Assembly: GCA_963555985.3 (NCBI GenBank)
Contig: OY820591.1
Span: forward strand, 256,001 to 320,000
Length of the DNA stretch: 64,000 nucleotides
Direction: 5' to 3'
Source: Dehalococcoidia bacterium
GTDB lineage: Bacteria > Chloroflexota > Dehalococcoidia > Bin125
Below, one piece after another: positions 19,419-29,421 of the stretch. Under the pieces are notes generated by a model. The model had not been told where the DNA came from. It searched no databases and saw only the letters and a list, made by a program, of their open reading frames with translations. Numbering within the stretch: the stretch's first letter is position 1; every line of letters begins with the position of its first letter. Position numbers and translations under genes: made by a program.

Positions 19419-20396
19419 ATGAGCACCCAAGCGCCCCAGCGAGACACCGTCCGCTCCCTGCTCGCCGAACTCTGGCGCGATCGGCTCCAGCCCTCCCGCC
19501 CGGGCAGCGGCCGCGAAACCCGAACCGGCCGTCTGATCCACGGTCTGCTCTTCCTCACCGCCACGCTCTCCGCATTCGTCACCGTCGGCATTGTCCTCGT
19601 CCTGATCTTCGAGACTGTCGAGTTCTTCCGCGAAGTCCCGTTCGGGGACTTCTTCGGCTCAACCAAGTGGTCGGCCCTCTTCGCCGAGAAAGAGTTCGGC
19701 GTCTGGGCGCTGGTCTGGGGTACCGGCATGATCGCCCTGATCGGCCTGGCAGTGGCGATCCCCCTCGGTCTGATGGCGGCGATCTTCCTGAGCGAATACG
19801 CGCCTCCGCGCCTGCGCGCGATCGTCAAACCGATCCTCGAAGTACTGGCCGGCGTGCCCACCGTCGTTTTTGGTTACTTCGCCCTGCTCTCGGTTGTGCC
19901 CGTGCTGCGCTCGATCTTCGGCGCCGATCTGATCGGCAGCTACAGCGCTCTCGCCGCCGGAATCGTGGTCGGGTTGATGATCGTGCCGATCATCGCCTCA
20001 CTCTCCGAAGACGCGATGAAAGCAGTGCCGCGCGCGCTGCGCGAGGGCGCCTACGCGCTCGGCTCCACGCGGGTGGAAGTCTCCCTACGGGTGGTGCTGC
20101 CGGCTGCCTTCTCCGGCGTCGTCGCCTCGATCATCCTCGCCGCCTCACGCGCCGTCGGCGAGACCATGGCAGTCACGATCGCCGGCGGCGGCAACCCTCA
20201 ATTCGGCGTCAATCCGCTCGAGGCCGTTCAGACCATGACCGCCATGATCGTCCAACTCTCGCTGGGCGACACGCCGACGACCTCGATTGAGTTCAAGGTG
20301 CTCTTCGCGGTCGCCATGACCCTGTTCGTGCTGACCTTGGCGATGAACATCGTCGCCCAGTGGGTCGCGCGCCGCTTCCGGGAGGAATACGAATGA
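19419..20396 (+). CDS. pstC: Phosphate ABC transporter permease PstC
   Basis: KPILEVLAGVPTVVFG and SRAVGETMAV motifs. Confidence 0.95.
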   Translation: MSTQAPQRDTVRSLLAELWRDRLQPSRPGSGRETRTGRLIHGLLFLTATLSAFVTVGIVLVLIFETVEFFREVPFGDFFGSTKWSALFAEKEFGVWALVWGTGMIALIGLAVAIPLGLMAAIFLSEYAPPRLRAIVKPILEVLAGVPTVVFGYFALLSVVPVLRSIFGADLIGSYSALAAGIVVGLMIVPIIASLSEDAMKAVPRALREGAYALGSTRVEVSLRVVLPAAFSGVVASIILAASRAVGETMAVTIAGGGNPQFGVNPLEAVQTMTAMIVQLSLGDTPTTSIEFKVLFAVAMTLFVLTLAMNIVAQWVARRFREEYE

Positions 20397-21763
20397 CCGC
20401 TGCTGCGCCTGCGGCAGGCTCGGGCGGACTGGCGCGTTACGCGCCGCGCGTGCGTGTGCGCCGGACTGTCTCGGTCGGCTTTATGGTCGCCGCGCTGCTC
20501 GCGATTGCGATCAGCATGATCATGCTGGGCGCGTTGATCGTCGAGATCGCCGTCGATGGCGCTGCCCGCCTCTTCACCGACGGCGCCGCTGTGACCAAGG
20601 AGTACCGCGGCGAGCTGATCACCGACTCGCCCACGCCCGAGGGCATGGCTTGGTTCACTTGGGCGCTGCCGGTGGCGATCCTGCTGCCCTTCGTCGGGCC
20701 GCGCCTCGTCTACAGCCTGATGCCCCAACTCTCCGAGCTGGCGGGCAAGCTGATCGGCCTGGCCGCCGTCGCCCCCGCCGCGATCTTCCTGCACCTGCTC
20801 TACGTCCGCTTCGAGTCGGTCTACTTCATCGAGTACTGGCGCGACCACGACGGCGCCAACGGGCACATCTTCAGCCTCTTCGGCGACGCCGAAGGGTTCC
20901 AGATCGTGCGCCTGCTGATCGTCGGTCTGGGACTGCCTCTGGCGATTCTGGCCGCAGGCTGGCTTGGTTCACGGCGGCTGCGCCGGCCCTCGCTGGTCAT
21001 CCCCGGCATCATGATCCTCGCCTGGATCATCTATCTCTTCATGGATCCTCACTTTCTCTCCGCCTTCCCCTCGCGCCGGCCGCAGGACGCGGGCATCTTC
21101 TCCTCGCTCACCGGCACGCTCTACATGATGACCATCACCGCCGCCGTCGCTTTCCCGCTCGGCGTGGGCGCGGCTGTCTACCTTGAGGAATACGCACGCC
21201 GCAACTGGTTCTCGCGCATGATCCAGGTCAACATCTCCAACCTCGCCGGCGTGCCCTCGATCATCTACGGGTTGCTCGGCTTACAGGTCTTCGTGCGCGT
21301 GCTCGAGTTCGAGCGCTCCGTATTGGCGGGCGCTTGCACCATGGCCTTGCTGGTCATGCCGATCATCATCGTCTCGGCGCAGGAAGCGCTGCGCACGGTC
21401 CCGCCCTCGATGCGCGAGGCCGCCTACGCCGTCGGCGCGACCCGCTGGCAGGTGATCCGCTATCACGTCCTCCCCTACGCCTTCGGCGGGATGCTGACCG
21501 GCAACATCCTCGCCATGTCCCGCGCGATCGGCGAGACCGCGCCCTTGATCGCGATCGGCGCGCTCACCTTCATCGCCTTCTTGGCGGACTCGCCGACCGA
21601 CGACTTCACCGTGTTGCCGATCCAGATTTTCAACTGGGTCACGCGGCCGCAGTCCGGCTTCCACGAGATTGCCGCTTCGACGATCATCGTGCTGCTCGCA
21701 ATGTTGCTGCTGATGAACGCTGCCGCGATCATCATGCGCCAGCGAACCCGCACCGACTGGTAA
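20393..21763 (+). CDS. pstA: Phosphate ABC transporter permease PstA with an extra membrane insertion
   Basis: NLAGVPSIIYGLLG and RAIGETAPL motifs; ATGA overlap with pstC. Confidence 0.93.
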   Translation: MTAAAPAAGSGGLARYAPRVRVRRTVSVGFMVAALLAIAISMIMLGALIVEIAVDGAARLFTDGAAVTKEYRGELITDSPTPEGMAWFTWALPVAILLPFVGPRLVYSLMPQLSELAGKLIGLAAVAPAAIFLHLLYVRFESVYFIEYWRDHDGANGHIFSLFGDAEGFQIVRLLIVGLGLPLAILAAGWLGSRRLRRPSLVIPGIMILAWIIYLFMDPHFLSAFPSRRPQDAGIFSSLTGTLYMMTITAAVAFPLGVGAAVYLEEYARRNWFSRMIQVNISNLAGVPSIIYGLLGLQVFVRVLEFERSVLAGACTMALLVMPIIIVSAQEALRTVPPSMREAAYAVGATRWQVIRYHVLPYAFGGMLTGNILAMSRAIGETAPLIAIGALTFIAFLADSPTDDFTVLPIQIFNWVTRPQSGFHEIAASTIIVLLAMLLLMNAAAIIMRQRTRTDW

Positions 21764-21808
21764 ATTCGCCCGCGACCGGATTAGGGCGCCGAACAGGGAG
21801 CGTTCAGA

Positions 21809-22744
21809 ATGGCTCGTAACCTCTTCACCATCATGCGGTCCAGCGCGCCGGCGAGCACCCCCGCGCCGACCGAAACCGCGCTCCCGCCCCCGCCCAACAT
21901 GAAGGAAGACGCAGCTACTGGTGTTGGCGTTCACCTTGATCCCACCCTCGAAGCCGTCCGCCACGAGATACCGGACGACCTCGAAATGGCGCTCGAGCTG
22001 CGCGACGTCTCCGCCTTCTACGGCTCCTTCCAGGCCATCGACCGCATCTCGATCGACGTGCCCCGCAACCGCGTCACCGCCTTGATCGGACCCTCCGGCT
22101 GCGGCAAGAGCACCCTGATTCGCTGCCTCAACCGCATGAACGACCTGATTCCGGGCGCGCGCATCGAAGGCGAGATTCAGTTCGAGGGCCGGAACCTGCT
22201 CGACCCCAACGTCGACGCCGTCGAAGTCCGCCGCCGGATCGGAATGGTCTTCCAGAAGCCCAACCCCTTCCCCAAGTCGATCTACGAGAACGTCGCCTTC
22301 GGCGCGCGTATCAACGGCTACTCCGGCGACATGGATCGCCTCGTCGAAGACTCGCTCCGCCGCGCCGCGCTCTGGGACGAGGTCAAGGACGACCTTGATA
22401 AGAGCGGTCTGGCGCTCTCCGGCGGCCAGCAGCAGCGGCTTTGCATCGCCCGCGCCATCGCCGTCCAGCCAGAAATCATCCTGATGGACGAACCCGCTTC
22501 GGCGCTGGACCCAGTGGCTACGCTCAAGATCGAAGACCTGATGCGCGAGTTGGCCGAGGACTACACCATCGTCGTCGTCACGCACAACATGCAGCAGGCC
22601 GGGCGCGTCTCCGACTTCACCGCCTTCCTGCTCGCCGGTGAAGAGCGCGTCGGACGCCTCGTGGAATTTGGCCCTACCACCGACATCTTCACCAACCCCC
22701 GCGACCAGCGCACGGAAGACTACATTACTGGCAGGTACGGCTAG
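21809..22744 (+). CDS. pstB: Phosphate ABC transporter ATPase PstB
   Basis: [36 protein letters not shown] and [10 protein letters not shown] motifs. Confidence 0.97.
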   Translation: MARNLFTIMRSSAPASTPAPTETALPPPPNMKEDAATGVGVHLDPTLEAVRHEIPDDLEMALELRDVSAFYGSFQAIDRISIDVPRNRVTALIGPSGCGKSTLIRCLNRMNDLIPGARIEGEIQFEGRNLLDPNVDAVEVRRRIGMVFQKPNPFPKSIYENVAFGARINGYSGDMDRLVEDSLRRAALWDEVKDDLDKSGLALSGGQQQRLCIARAIAVQPEIILMDEPASALDPVATLKIEDLMRELAEDYTIVVVTHNMQQAGRVSDFTAFLLAGEERVGRLVEFGPTTDIFTNPRDQRTEDYITGRYG

Positions 22745-22804
22745 ACCGTCGAATCCACAGCGCGAACCGCGCGTTCCGAATGCCAGGCCTCGAAGGGACC
22801 ACAT

Positions 22805-23482
22805 ATGGCCACCTCGAGGATTTCCTATACCGCCGACCGCCAAGAAGTGATCGACCGCCTGCGCCTGCTCCACGCCCGCACCGATCGCTCGATCGTCGAC
22901 GCGATGCAGGCCCTGCTTCGCCGCGACCTCGTGCTTGCCCGCCGCGTCTGCGCCGCCGACGCAGACGTCGACCGCCTCCGCTACGACATCGAATCGGCCG
23001 TGCTCAACATCATCGCGCTCCAGCAACCAGTCGCGGGCGATCTGCGCGAGCTGATGTCGATCAACGCGATCGCCACGGATCTGGAGCGCATCGCCGACCA
23101 CGCCGAAGGTATCGCCCGGATCGCCATCTTCCTCGGCGACGATCCGATCGCCGCCACCGAGCCCGAACTCTGGCGTATGGCCGACGTCGCCCGCGGAATG
23201 CTCCACGACGCCACCCGCTCCTTCATCGATCGCGACGAATCCCTCGCCCGCGAAACCTACGGCCGCGACGACGAAGTCGACGACCTCTACGCCGAAGTCC
23301 ACACCCGCCTGATCGCCCGCCTTGCTCAGGTCGAACAAGACGCCGCCTCCGACGCCATCACCCACGTGCTCTGGTGCTCCCACAACCTCGAACGCATCGG
23401 AGACCGCGCCACCAACATCTGCGAACGAACCATCTTCCTCGTCACCGGCTCCTTCAACCGAGACGATCTCCCCGGCTTCTAG
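22805..23482 (+). CDS. phoU: Phosphate signalling protein PhoU
   Basis: QQPVAGDLR, DLERIADHA, DDEVD and LERIGDRATNICE motifs. Confidence 0.95.
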   Translation: MATSRISYTADRQEVIDRLRLLHARTDRSIVDAMQALLRRDLVLARRVCAADADVDRLRYDIESAVLNIIALQQPVAGDLRELMSINAIATDLERIADHAEGIARIAIFLGDDPIAATEPELWRMADVARGMLHDATRSFIDRDESLARETYGRDDEVDDLYAEVHTRLIARLAQVEQDAASDAITHVLWCSHNLERIGDRATNICERTIFLVTGSFNRDDLPGF

Positions 23483-23730
23483 GACCTGTTCACACTGCGC
23501 GAAGTGTATCGGCGCTGTTTGGCGGGGAGAATTTCGGAGGGATTGAGCGGATCTCCTGTTGAGCGCTGAGGATCGTGCGTTCGCGGGTCTGGATTTGTCC
23601 AGATTTGTCTAGATCTGTCTAGATCTGTCCAGATCTGTCCGGATTCGTCTCGATGCGGGCGGATTTTTTCCAGGCGAATCCGGGCTTGTCCGGCGCCGTC
23701 TGGGTTTGGCGCGAGTCGTTCACGGGACAC
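23479..23730 (-). pseudogene. Short, possibly truncated orphan ORF containing a decamer tandem repeat
   Basis: GTG start with RBS GGAG; upstream TATGCT and a GAACATATACGC box; convergent with phoU. Confidence 0.35.
23591..23650. repeat. Tandem 10-bp repeat, 6 copies (RGATYYGTCY)
   Basis: GGATTTGTCC AGATTTGTCT AGATCTGTCT AGATCTGTCC AGATCTGTCC GGATTCGTCT. Confidence 0.9.
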
Positions 23731-23913
23731 AGCGGGCTCCGATTGGATTCGTGCGCGTATATGTTCTGAGCATACCCGGTTTCGGCTCGGTTGAGGAGGG
23801 CGGGGCAGGGAACGCCGAGGCTCAGTCTCGAGACCAGCGCGCGTGCGGGCCGACCGCGCTCGTGGTTGCGTGAACAGGCCCTAGCATCCCCCATCCGCTA
23901 TTCCCTCAGGTCT

Positions 23914-23960
23914 CCGTCATTCCCGCGCTCCGCTGCGGGAATCTCGCCGTGACCAGCACC
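23914..23960. repeat. CGTC-tagged palindromic repeat
   Basis: CCGTCATTCCCGCGCTCCGCTGCGGGAATCTCGCCGTGACCAGCACC; near-identical reverse complement at ~42653-42699. Confidence 0.85.
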
Positions 23961-24015
23961 GAACACTCCACCCACTCCCAAAAACCGCCCCGCAAATCGA
24001 TCTACCCTTCTCCCA

Positions 24016-24606
24016 ATGGAAGCTCTGGTCATTGCCCTGATCCGCGTTGTCGGATCGCTCCCTGTTCTGCGCTGGGCCTTTGTCGGCGGACTGATCGCCG
24101 TCTTCGTCGACCTTTCCGATCTGTTTCTGCGCCAGGCGATTGATCTTGGAGGGCTGTCCAACTATCAGGAGTGGGACAAGTGGGTCGATCAGGTCTACAT
24201 CTTTCTCTTCTTCTATGTCGCCATGCGCTGGAGCGGCTGGGAGCGGAACATCGCGCTCACGCTCTTCAGCTGGCGGCTGATCGGCTTCGTCGCCTTTCTG
24301 GCCGGCGCCGGACGGGGCATCCTGATCTACTTCCCCCACATCTTCGAGTTCTGGTTCCTCTACGTCGCCAGCCGCCCCCACTGGCCTCGATGGACCGGAC
24401 GCTTGCGCGGCACGAATCCCGACGGTACTGCCGCTCCGTTGACCGGACGCGAGGCTGCGGGTTGGCTACTGGTGGTAGGCGGCCTCAAGATTTTCCATGA
24501 GTACATCTTGCACACGGGCAAGTGGCTGGACGATTTCAGCGCTTTTGAGGCGGCTGAGGCGATCTGGGACTTTATCAGCGGTCCTTTTGCGGTTGTTTTT
24601 GGGTAG
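24016..24606 (+). CDS. Membrane protein with a CDP-alcohol phosphotransferase-like Asp pattern
   Basis: Multiple TM segments; DLSD ... DKWVD. Confidence 0.6.
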   Translation: MEALVIALIRVVGSLPVLRWAFVGGLIAVFVDLSDLFLRQAIDLGGLSNYQEWDKWVDQVYIFLFFYVAMRWSGWERNIALTLFSWRLIGFVAFLAGAGRGILIYFPHIFEFWFLYVASRPHWPRWTGRLRGTNPDGTAAPLTGREAAGWLLVVGGLKIFHEYILHTGKWLDDFSAFEAAEAIWDFISGPFAVVFG

Positions 24607-24637
24607 ATTTGGGCGCTCTCGCTTGTCTGGGGGCGGG

Positions 24638-25693
24638 TCAGTCTTCGTTTTGGGTGCGAGCCCAGATGGGGCGCTCGACTCCCGGGGGCGGGGCGAAGCT
24701 GGTGTCTTCTTCAGAAGGTGGTTCGGGGTCGGCGATTTGGGGGGTGGGGAGTGCAGCGTCTTCGCCGACGATTTGGCGGGCCTGAGCTTCGGTGAGTTCG
24801 GGGTGGGCGGAGACGGTGGCGGCGACTCGTTCTTCGGCGGTGGGGGCGAAGTCGACCGCGTGGGCGGCTGAGGAGGCGACTTCTTCCTGGATATCGGTGG
24901 GGAGTTCGGCGGCGAAGCGTGAGCGTTCGTCACGGACGGTGTAGCGGAAGAGTTCCTGCTCTTCGGGCTCGAGCAGGCGTCCGTCTTTCATTTCTTCGAC
25001 GCGGGGGACGAGCTCCATGACGGTGCGGTCGTGGGTGGTGGTGATGATGGTGACGCCGTGTTCGGCGACGAGATCGTGGAGCAGGCGGAAGATGCTGACG
25101 GCGGTGGTGGAGTCGAGTTCGCCGGTGGGTTCGTCGGCGAGGATGAGGGCGGGGGAGTTGGCCAAGGCGCGGGCGATGGCGACGCGCTGCTGTTCGCCGC
25201 CGGAGAGTTCGTAGGGGCGGTGGCGGGCGCGGCCGGCGAGGCCGACCGCTTCGAGCAGTTCCTCGGCGCGGCGGCGGCGCTCGCGGATGCCTGCGCCGGC
25301 GATGCGGAGCGAGAGTTCGACGTTCTCGTAGGCGGAGAGCAGAGGGAGCAGGCCGAAGGACTGGAAGACGAAGCCGACGCGATGGCGGCGGAGTTGGGTA
25401 AGTTGGCGCTCGGTGTAGTTGGTGATGTTCTCGCCGTCGATGTGGACGTTGCCCTCGGTGGGCGCGTCAAGGCCGGCGATCAGGTTGAGGAGGGTGGTCT
25501 TGCCGGAACCGGAGCGTCCGATCAGGGCGACGAATTCACCGCGATGGACCTGGAGGGAGACATCGCGGACGGCCCAGATGTCTTCGCTGCCGACGACGAA
25601 GCGTCGGCTGACGTTGCGGACATCGACGACGAGGTCGCGCCCGTTTGGGGCGGGCGCGCCGATTGCGCCGTTGACAGCGTTGGAGATACTCAT
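24638..25693 (-). CDS. LolD/MacB-like ABC ATPase with an acidic C-terminal extension
   Basis: GRSGSGKTT, LSGGEQQRVAIARAL and DEPTGELD motifs. Confidence 0.9.
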   Translation of the reverse strand: MSISNAVNGAIGAPAPNGRDLVVDVRNVSRRFVVGSEDIWAVRDVSLQVHRGEFVALIGRSGSGKTTLLNLIAGLDAPTEGNVHIDGENITNYTERQLTQLRRHRVGFVFQSFGLLPLLSAYENVELSLRIAGAGIRERRRRAEELLEAVGLAGRARHRPYELSGGEQQRVAIARALANSPALILADEPTGELDSTTAVSIFRLLHDLVAEHGVTIITTTHDRTVMELVPRVEEMKDGRLLEPEEQELFRYTVRDERSRFAAELPTDIQEEVASSAAHAVDFAPTAEERVAATVSAHPELTEAQARQIVGEDAALPTPQIADPEPPSEEDTSFAPPPGVERPIWARTQNED

Positions 25694-26625
25694 CGGGCGG
25701 GTCCTTCTTCTTCACCCTGGACCGGCGTGATCACGATCCGCCCGTCGCGGGAATCGACGTAGGCGCGGCGTCCGAGCGCGACTGAATCGAGCAGCGGTTT
25801 GGGAATTTGCAGGCGGCCGGCGCCGTCGACGACGGCGTATTCGTCGTGGACGACCTCGGCGATCTCGGTACCAGGATTCTCGATTCGGCGCACGGTCTCG
25901 GTGGCGATGCTGCCGTCGCGGATGGCGACCACGCGATCGACGCGGGCGGCGATGGCGGGGTCGTGGGTGACGACGATGATGGTGAGGCCGAACTGGTTGG
26001 AGAGATTGCGGAAGAGTTCGAAGATCTCTTCGGAGGTGTGGGTGTCGAGTTCGCCGGTGGGTTCGTCGGCGAGGAGGAGCGGGGGGTCGTTGGCAAGGGC
26101 GACGCCAATGCTGACGCGCTGCTGCTCGCCGCCGGAGAGTTGGTCGGGGCGCTGGCGGCGCTTGTCCATGAGGCCGACGGCTTCGAGCAGGTTGAGGGCG
26201 CGTTCGCGGGCGTGCTTGCGCGAGCGGCCGGCGAGGATCATCGGGACTTCGATGTTTTGCTGAGCGGAGAGGTAGGGGATCAGGTTGCGTCCGGTTTGCT
26301 GCCAGACGAAGCCGACCTGTTCACGGCGGTAGTCAACGAGTTCGGCTTCGGTGAGGGCGAGCAGGTCGGCGGTGTTGACGAAGGCTTGTCCGGCGGAGGG
26401 CACATCAAGCCCGGCGAGCACGTTGAGCAAGGTGGACTTGCCGGAGCCGGAGGCGCCCACGATGGCGAGCACCTCGCCTTTGGCCACAGTCAGGTCGAGT
26501 CCGCGCAGGGCGACGACTTCGAGGTCGGCGATTTTGTAGATCTTGAAGAGGTCGCGGCAGACGACGTGATTCTCCTGGGGGAGTTCGTCGGGCCGGATCG
26601 GCGGGGCCGCAGCGTTGGTGGTCAT
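25690..26625 (-). CDS. LolD/MacB-like ABC ATPase with an AbrB-like C-terminal segment
   Basis: GASGSGKST, LSGGEQQRV and DEPTGELD motifs; C-terminal VVDGAGRLQIP. Confidence 0.9.
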   Translation of the reverse strand: MTTNAAAPPIRPDELPQENHVVCRDLFKIYKIADLEVVALRGLDLTVAKGEVLAIVGASGSGKSTLLNVLAGLDVPSAGQAFVNTADLLALTEAELVDYRREQVGFVWQQTGRNLIPYLSAQQNIEVPMILAGRSRKHARERALNLLEAVGLMDKRRQRPDQLSGGEQQRVSIGVALANDPPLLLADEPTGELDTHTSEEIFELFRNLSNQFGLTIIVVTHDPAIAARVDRVVAIRDGSIATETVRRIENPGTEIAEVVHDEYAVVDGAGRLQIPKPLLDSVALGRRAYVDSRDGRIVITPVQGEEEGPAR

Positions 26626-26749
26626 CTGCCGCTCGCAAGGTGATCAGCCGCCCGCGCCGGTTCAGCGGGCGCACGTTTTGAGGATACCGGCAGGTTCGGG
26701 TTTCGGTCATTTCCGGGGGGTGGGAATGGCGGAGTTTGAGGACTGCCGG

Positions 26750-27574
26750 TTACTCCGGCTCGGTCGCAATATCCACCAGCACAAACCGCCGAGGCTGCTG
26801 ATCCCATCTGATGAGACGGTGGGGCGGGTCTACTTCGTACCAGGCTCGGCTGACCTCGACCCCAGGCGTCGCCACTACCTGCCAGGTCACCACATCGCCC
26901 TGCGGCCCGCGCAGCGTGTCCTGCCCGCGCACGGCAACCTGGACCAACTGACTGCGCTGCTGCACGACGTTGACCGAGCGGTAGGTCAGCTCCAAGTCCT
27001 GCTCGAACGCGAGCGAACGCCAGAGCCAAGCGGAGGAGTCGTTGTCGAAGGCGAACTCCCCCGCCTCCACGCGCTCCTCAATCCGCTTCTCGGTCGGCTC
27101 ATCCGTGTCCGCCCCTTCCACCGTCACCATGATCACATCCGCGTAGGTCTCCCCGTCCGCGTTGGCGCCGTACTCGCCGCGCACGCGGATCGTCTCATCG
27201 GCCGCCGCCGCCGACCGCTCATAGCGCAGCGGGCGCAGCGTCTCGGCGTCAACCCAGACCGTCACCTCGTCCCGAACCGGACCTTCCTCACCCTCGAGTT
27301 CGAAGACCAGCCGCAACCGGAATTCATCGCCCTCACGGACGGTCTCCAGCGCCATCGTCCCTAGCTCGGTATCAGTCTGATCGAGCATCGCGTAGGTCAG
27401 CCGCTCGTAGTCGGGCCAGGCGATCTGGGCGACGGGGTTTTCGGGGTCGTCGAAGTCGGTCTCGGAACCGCAGGCGACGAGAAACGTCGTGAGAACGGCG
27501 ACGACGAGGAGAAGGGATCGAGATTCCCGCGACAAGCGCGGGAATGACGGAATGAAGCTGGATGATGCCGCCAT
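26750..27574 (-). CDS. Beta-rich lipoprotein (DUF3108-like)
   Basis: Lipobox LVAC; TGATG coupling to the ltaE stop; signal n-region includes a translated palindromic repeat. Confidence 0.7.
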   Translation of the reverse strand: MAASSSFIPSFPRLSRESRSLLLVVAVLTTFLVACGSETDFDDPENPVAQIAWPDYERLTYAMLDQTDTELGTMALETVREGDEFRLRLVFELEGEEGPVRDEVTVWVDAETLRPLRYERSAAAADETIRVRGEYGANADGETYADVIMVTVEGADTDEPTEKRIEERVEAGEFAFDNDSSAWLWRSLAFEQDLELTYRSVNVVQQRSQLVQVAVRGQDTLRGPQGDVVTWQVVATPGVEVSRAWYEVDPPHRLIRWDQQPRRFVLVDIATEPE

Positions 27575-28650
27575 CACGAATTGGGGCCGATTTCGGCTTC
27601 GGCCATGCGGCGGAGGGCTTCGGCGCAGTCCTCGCTGGTCAGGTCGGCGTGGGTGACCAGCCGAATCTTGGTTCGGTCGGGGGTAGTGACGAGGATGCCG
27701 AGTTGCTTGAGTTGGGCCTGGAGGTTTGGGGATGGCGCGGGATCGCGGGTGGTGTCGAGTTGGACGATGACGATGTTGGTTTCGACGCTCTCGGGATTGA
27801 TGTCGAAGCCCAGTTCCGCCAGACCGCGCGCCAACTGCCGCGCGTTGGCGTGGTCGTCGGCGAGTCGATCCACCATCTCGTCCAATGCCACCAACCCCGC
27901 CGCAGCCAGAATCCCCGCCTGCCGCATCCCGCCGCCGACCAGTTTGCGCGCGCGGTGGGCGGCGCGGATGAATTCGGCGTCGCCGCAGATGAGCGATCCT
28001 ACGGGCGCGCCTAGTCCCTTGGAGAGGCAGAAGCAGACGCTATCGGCGGGGGCTGCGAGTTCGGCGACGGAATGTCCGCTGGCGACGGCGGCGTTGAAGA
28101 TGCGGGCGCCGTCGAGATGGACTCGCAACCCGGCCTCATGCGCGATCGCAGCCAGCGTCTCGGTGCGTTCGAGCGAGAGCACCGTGCCGCCGCAGAAGTT
28201 GTGGGTGTTCTCCAGTGCCAGCAGGGAGGTGCGGGGCTGATGCACATCGTCTGGTCGCACCGCCGCCGCGACTCGATCGGGATCGAGTCCGCCGTCCGGT
28301 TCGTTGGGCAGGATCGTCGCCAGCACGCCGCCGAGCCGCGAGACGCCGCCCTGCTCGGAGCGCACGATGTGGGCGCGGTCGCCTACCAGCAGCTCATCTC
28401 CGGCGCGGGTCTGGGCCAGCAGCGAGACCAGGTTCGCCATCGTGCCGGAGGCGACGTAGAGGGCCGCCTCCTTGCCGGTGCGCTCCGCCGCTGCCCGCTC
28501 CAACTCGGCGATCGTGGGGTCTTCGCCGAACACGTCGTCGCCGACTTCGGCCTCGAAGATCGCCCGCCGCATCGACGCGGTGGGGCGGGTCACAGTGTCG
28601 CTGCGCAGATCGATCAGGGGGCGGTCGATCGCGTCGTTCGAGTCACTCAT
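27574..28650 (-). CDS. ltaE: Low-specificity L-threonine aldolase
   Basis: DLRSDTVT, GDDVFGEDP, LENTHN, HLDGARIFNA, LSKGLGAP and GGGMRQAG motifs. Confidence 0.95.
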   Translation of the reverse strand: MSDSNDAIDRPLIDLRSDTVTRPTASMRRAIFEAEVGDDVFGEDPTIAELERAAAERTGKEAALYVASGTMANLVSLLAQTRAGDELLVGDRAHIVRSEQGGVSRLGGVLATILPNEPDGGLDPDRVAAAVRPDDVHQPRTSLLALENTHNFCGGTVLSLERTETLAAIAHEAGLRVHLDGARIFNAAVASGHSVAELAAPADSVCFCLSKGLGAPVGSLICGDAEFIRAAHRARKLVGGGMRQAGILAAAGLVALDEMVDRLADDHANARQLARGLAELGFDINPESVETNIVIVQLDTTRDPAPSPNLQAQLKQLGILVTTPDRTKIRLVTHADLTSEDCAEALRRMAEAEIGPNS

Positions 28651-29081
28651 CAGCTGCGCTCCCAAATCGTGCGAAAGCCCTCGCCGCCGGTGATCGCGGC
28701 GAGCGTCACTGCGCGCTCACCCTCTAGTAATTTGCGCCGGACATCGTCGATCTGCGACTGCTCGACATCGAGGCTGAGCAGGCGCGATTCGATTCGTTCC
28801 CAGATGCCCGCTTCCTCGAAGGCCGAGACCGCTCGCGGCCAGGGGAAGGAGAGGATGCGTTCCGGCAGCGGTAGACGCGGACGCAGCGATTTGAGGTGGC
28901 TAAAGCGCTCCTCGGCCGAGTTCACACGGTCAACCAGGTCGATGATGGGTCCGTCCGAGCCGTCCGTGCGGAAGTCGACCAGCAGGCGCGGTTCCAACAC
29001 CTCGAAGCGCACGATCAGGACGGCGGCGCGGTCGATCACGCGCAGGATTTCATCCAGGTCAACGCCGAAATCGTCGCTCAC
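28650..29081 (-). CDS. Hypothetical protein
   Basis: GTG start with RBS GGGAG; stop overlaps the ltaE start; GC3-biased codons. Confidence 0.7.
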   Translation of the reverse strand: MSDDFGVDLDEILRVIDRAAVLIVRFEVLEPRLLVDFRTDGSDGPIIDLVDRVNSAEERFSHLKSLRPRLPLPERILSFPWPRAVSAFEEAGIWERIESRLLSLDVEQSQIDDVRRKLLEGERAVTLAAITGGEGFRTIWERS

Positions 29082-29130
29082 GCGCCCATCTCCCTGCTTC
29101 GACGCTGCTGATCGGCTTCGCTCGCGGCAT

Positions 29131-29406
29131 CTATGGGGAGTGTATGGAGCCTCCCCCAGCGCGTCCAATGCGGGGGCTTGCGACGCCTCCCGAACGCGCC
29201 GGCGGGCCGCCGATTCCGAGCAATGCTTCGCGGGCGGCGTCGTAGCGCTGCTTGGCCCGCGCTTCGCGGTTGAGCAGGCCTTTGAGCTTGGGCGGTTCCA
29301 AGGGTTCGCCGTTGAGGAAGACGTCGTGCAAGCGCTCGAGTTGCCGCTGCCAGGCTTGCCAGGCATCGCGGTACTCGCGCTGACGCTCCGGATCGACGTA
29401 GACCAT
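29131..29406 (-). CDS. Small helical hypothetical protein
   Basis: RBS AGGA; co-oriented within the operon. Confidence 0.65.
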   Translation of the reverse strand: MVYVDPERQREYRDAWQAWQRQLERLHDVFLNGEPLEPPKLKGLLNREARAKQRYDAAREALLGIGGPPARSGGVASPRIGRAGGGSIHSP

Positions 29407-29421
29407 CGTTCCTGCTCTCCG

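Noticed and set aside
21281-23383. 700-aa antisense ORF (likewise 36403-39096, 38991-40832, 46688-49105, 28072-29775)
   Set aside because: These are stop-poor shadow frames of well-supported genes in high-GC DNA and show no recognisable motifs.
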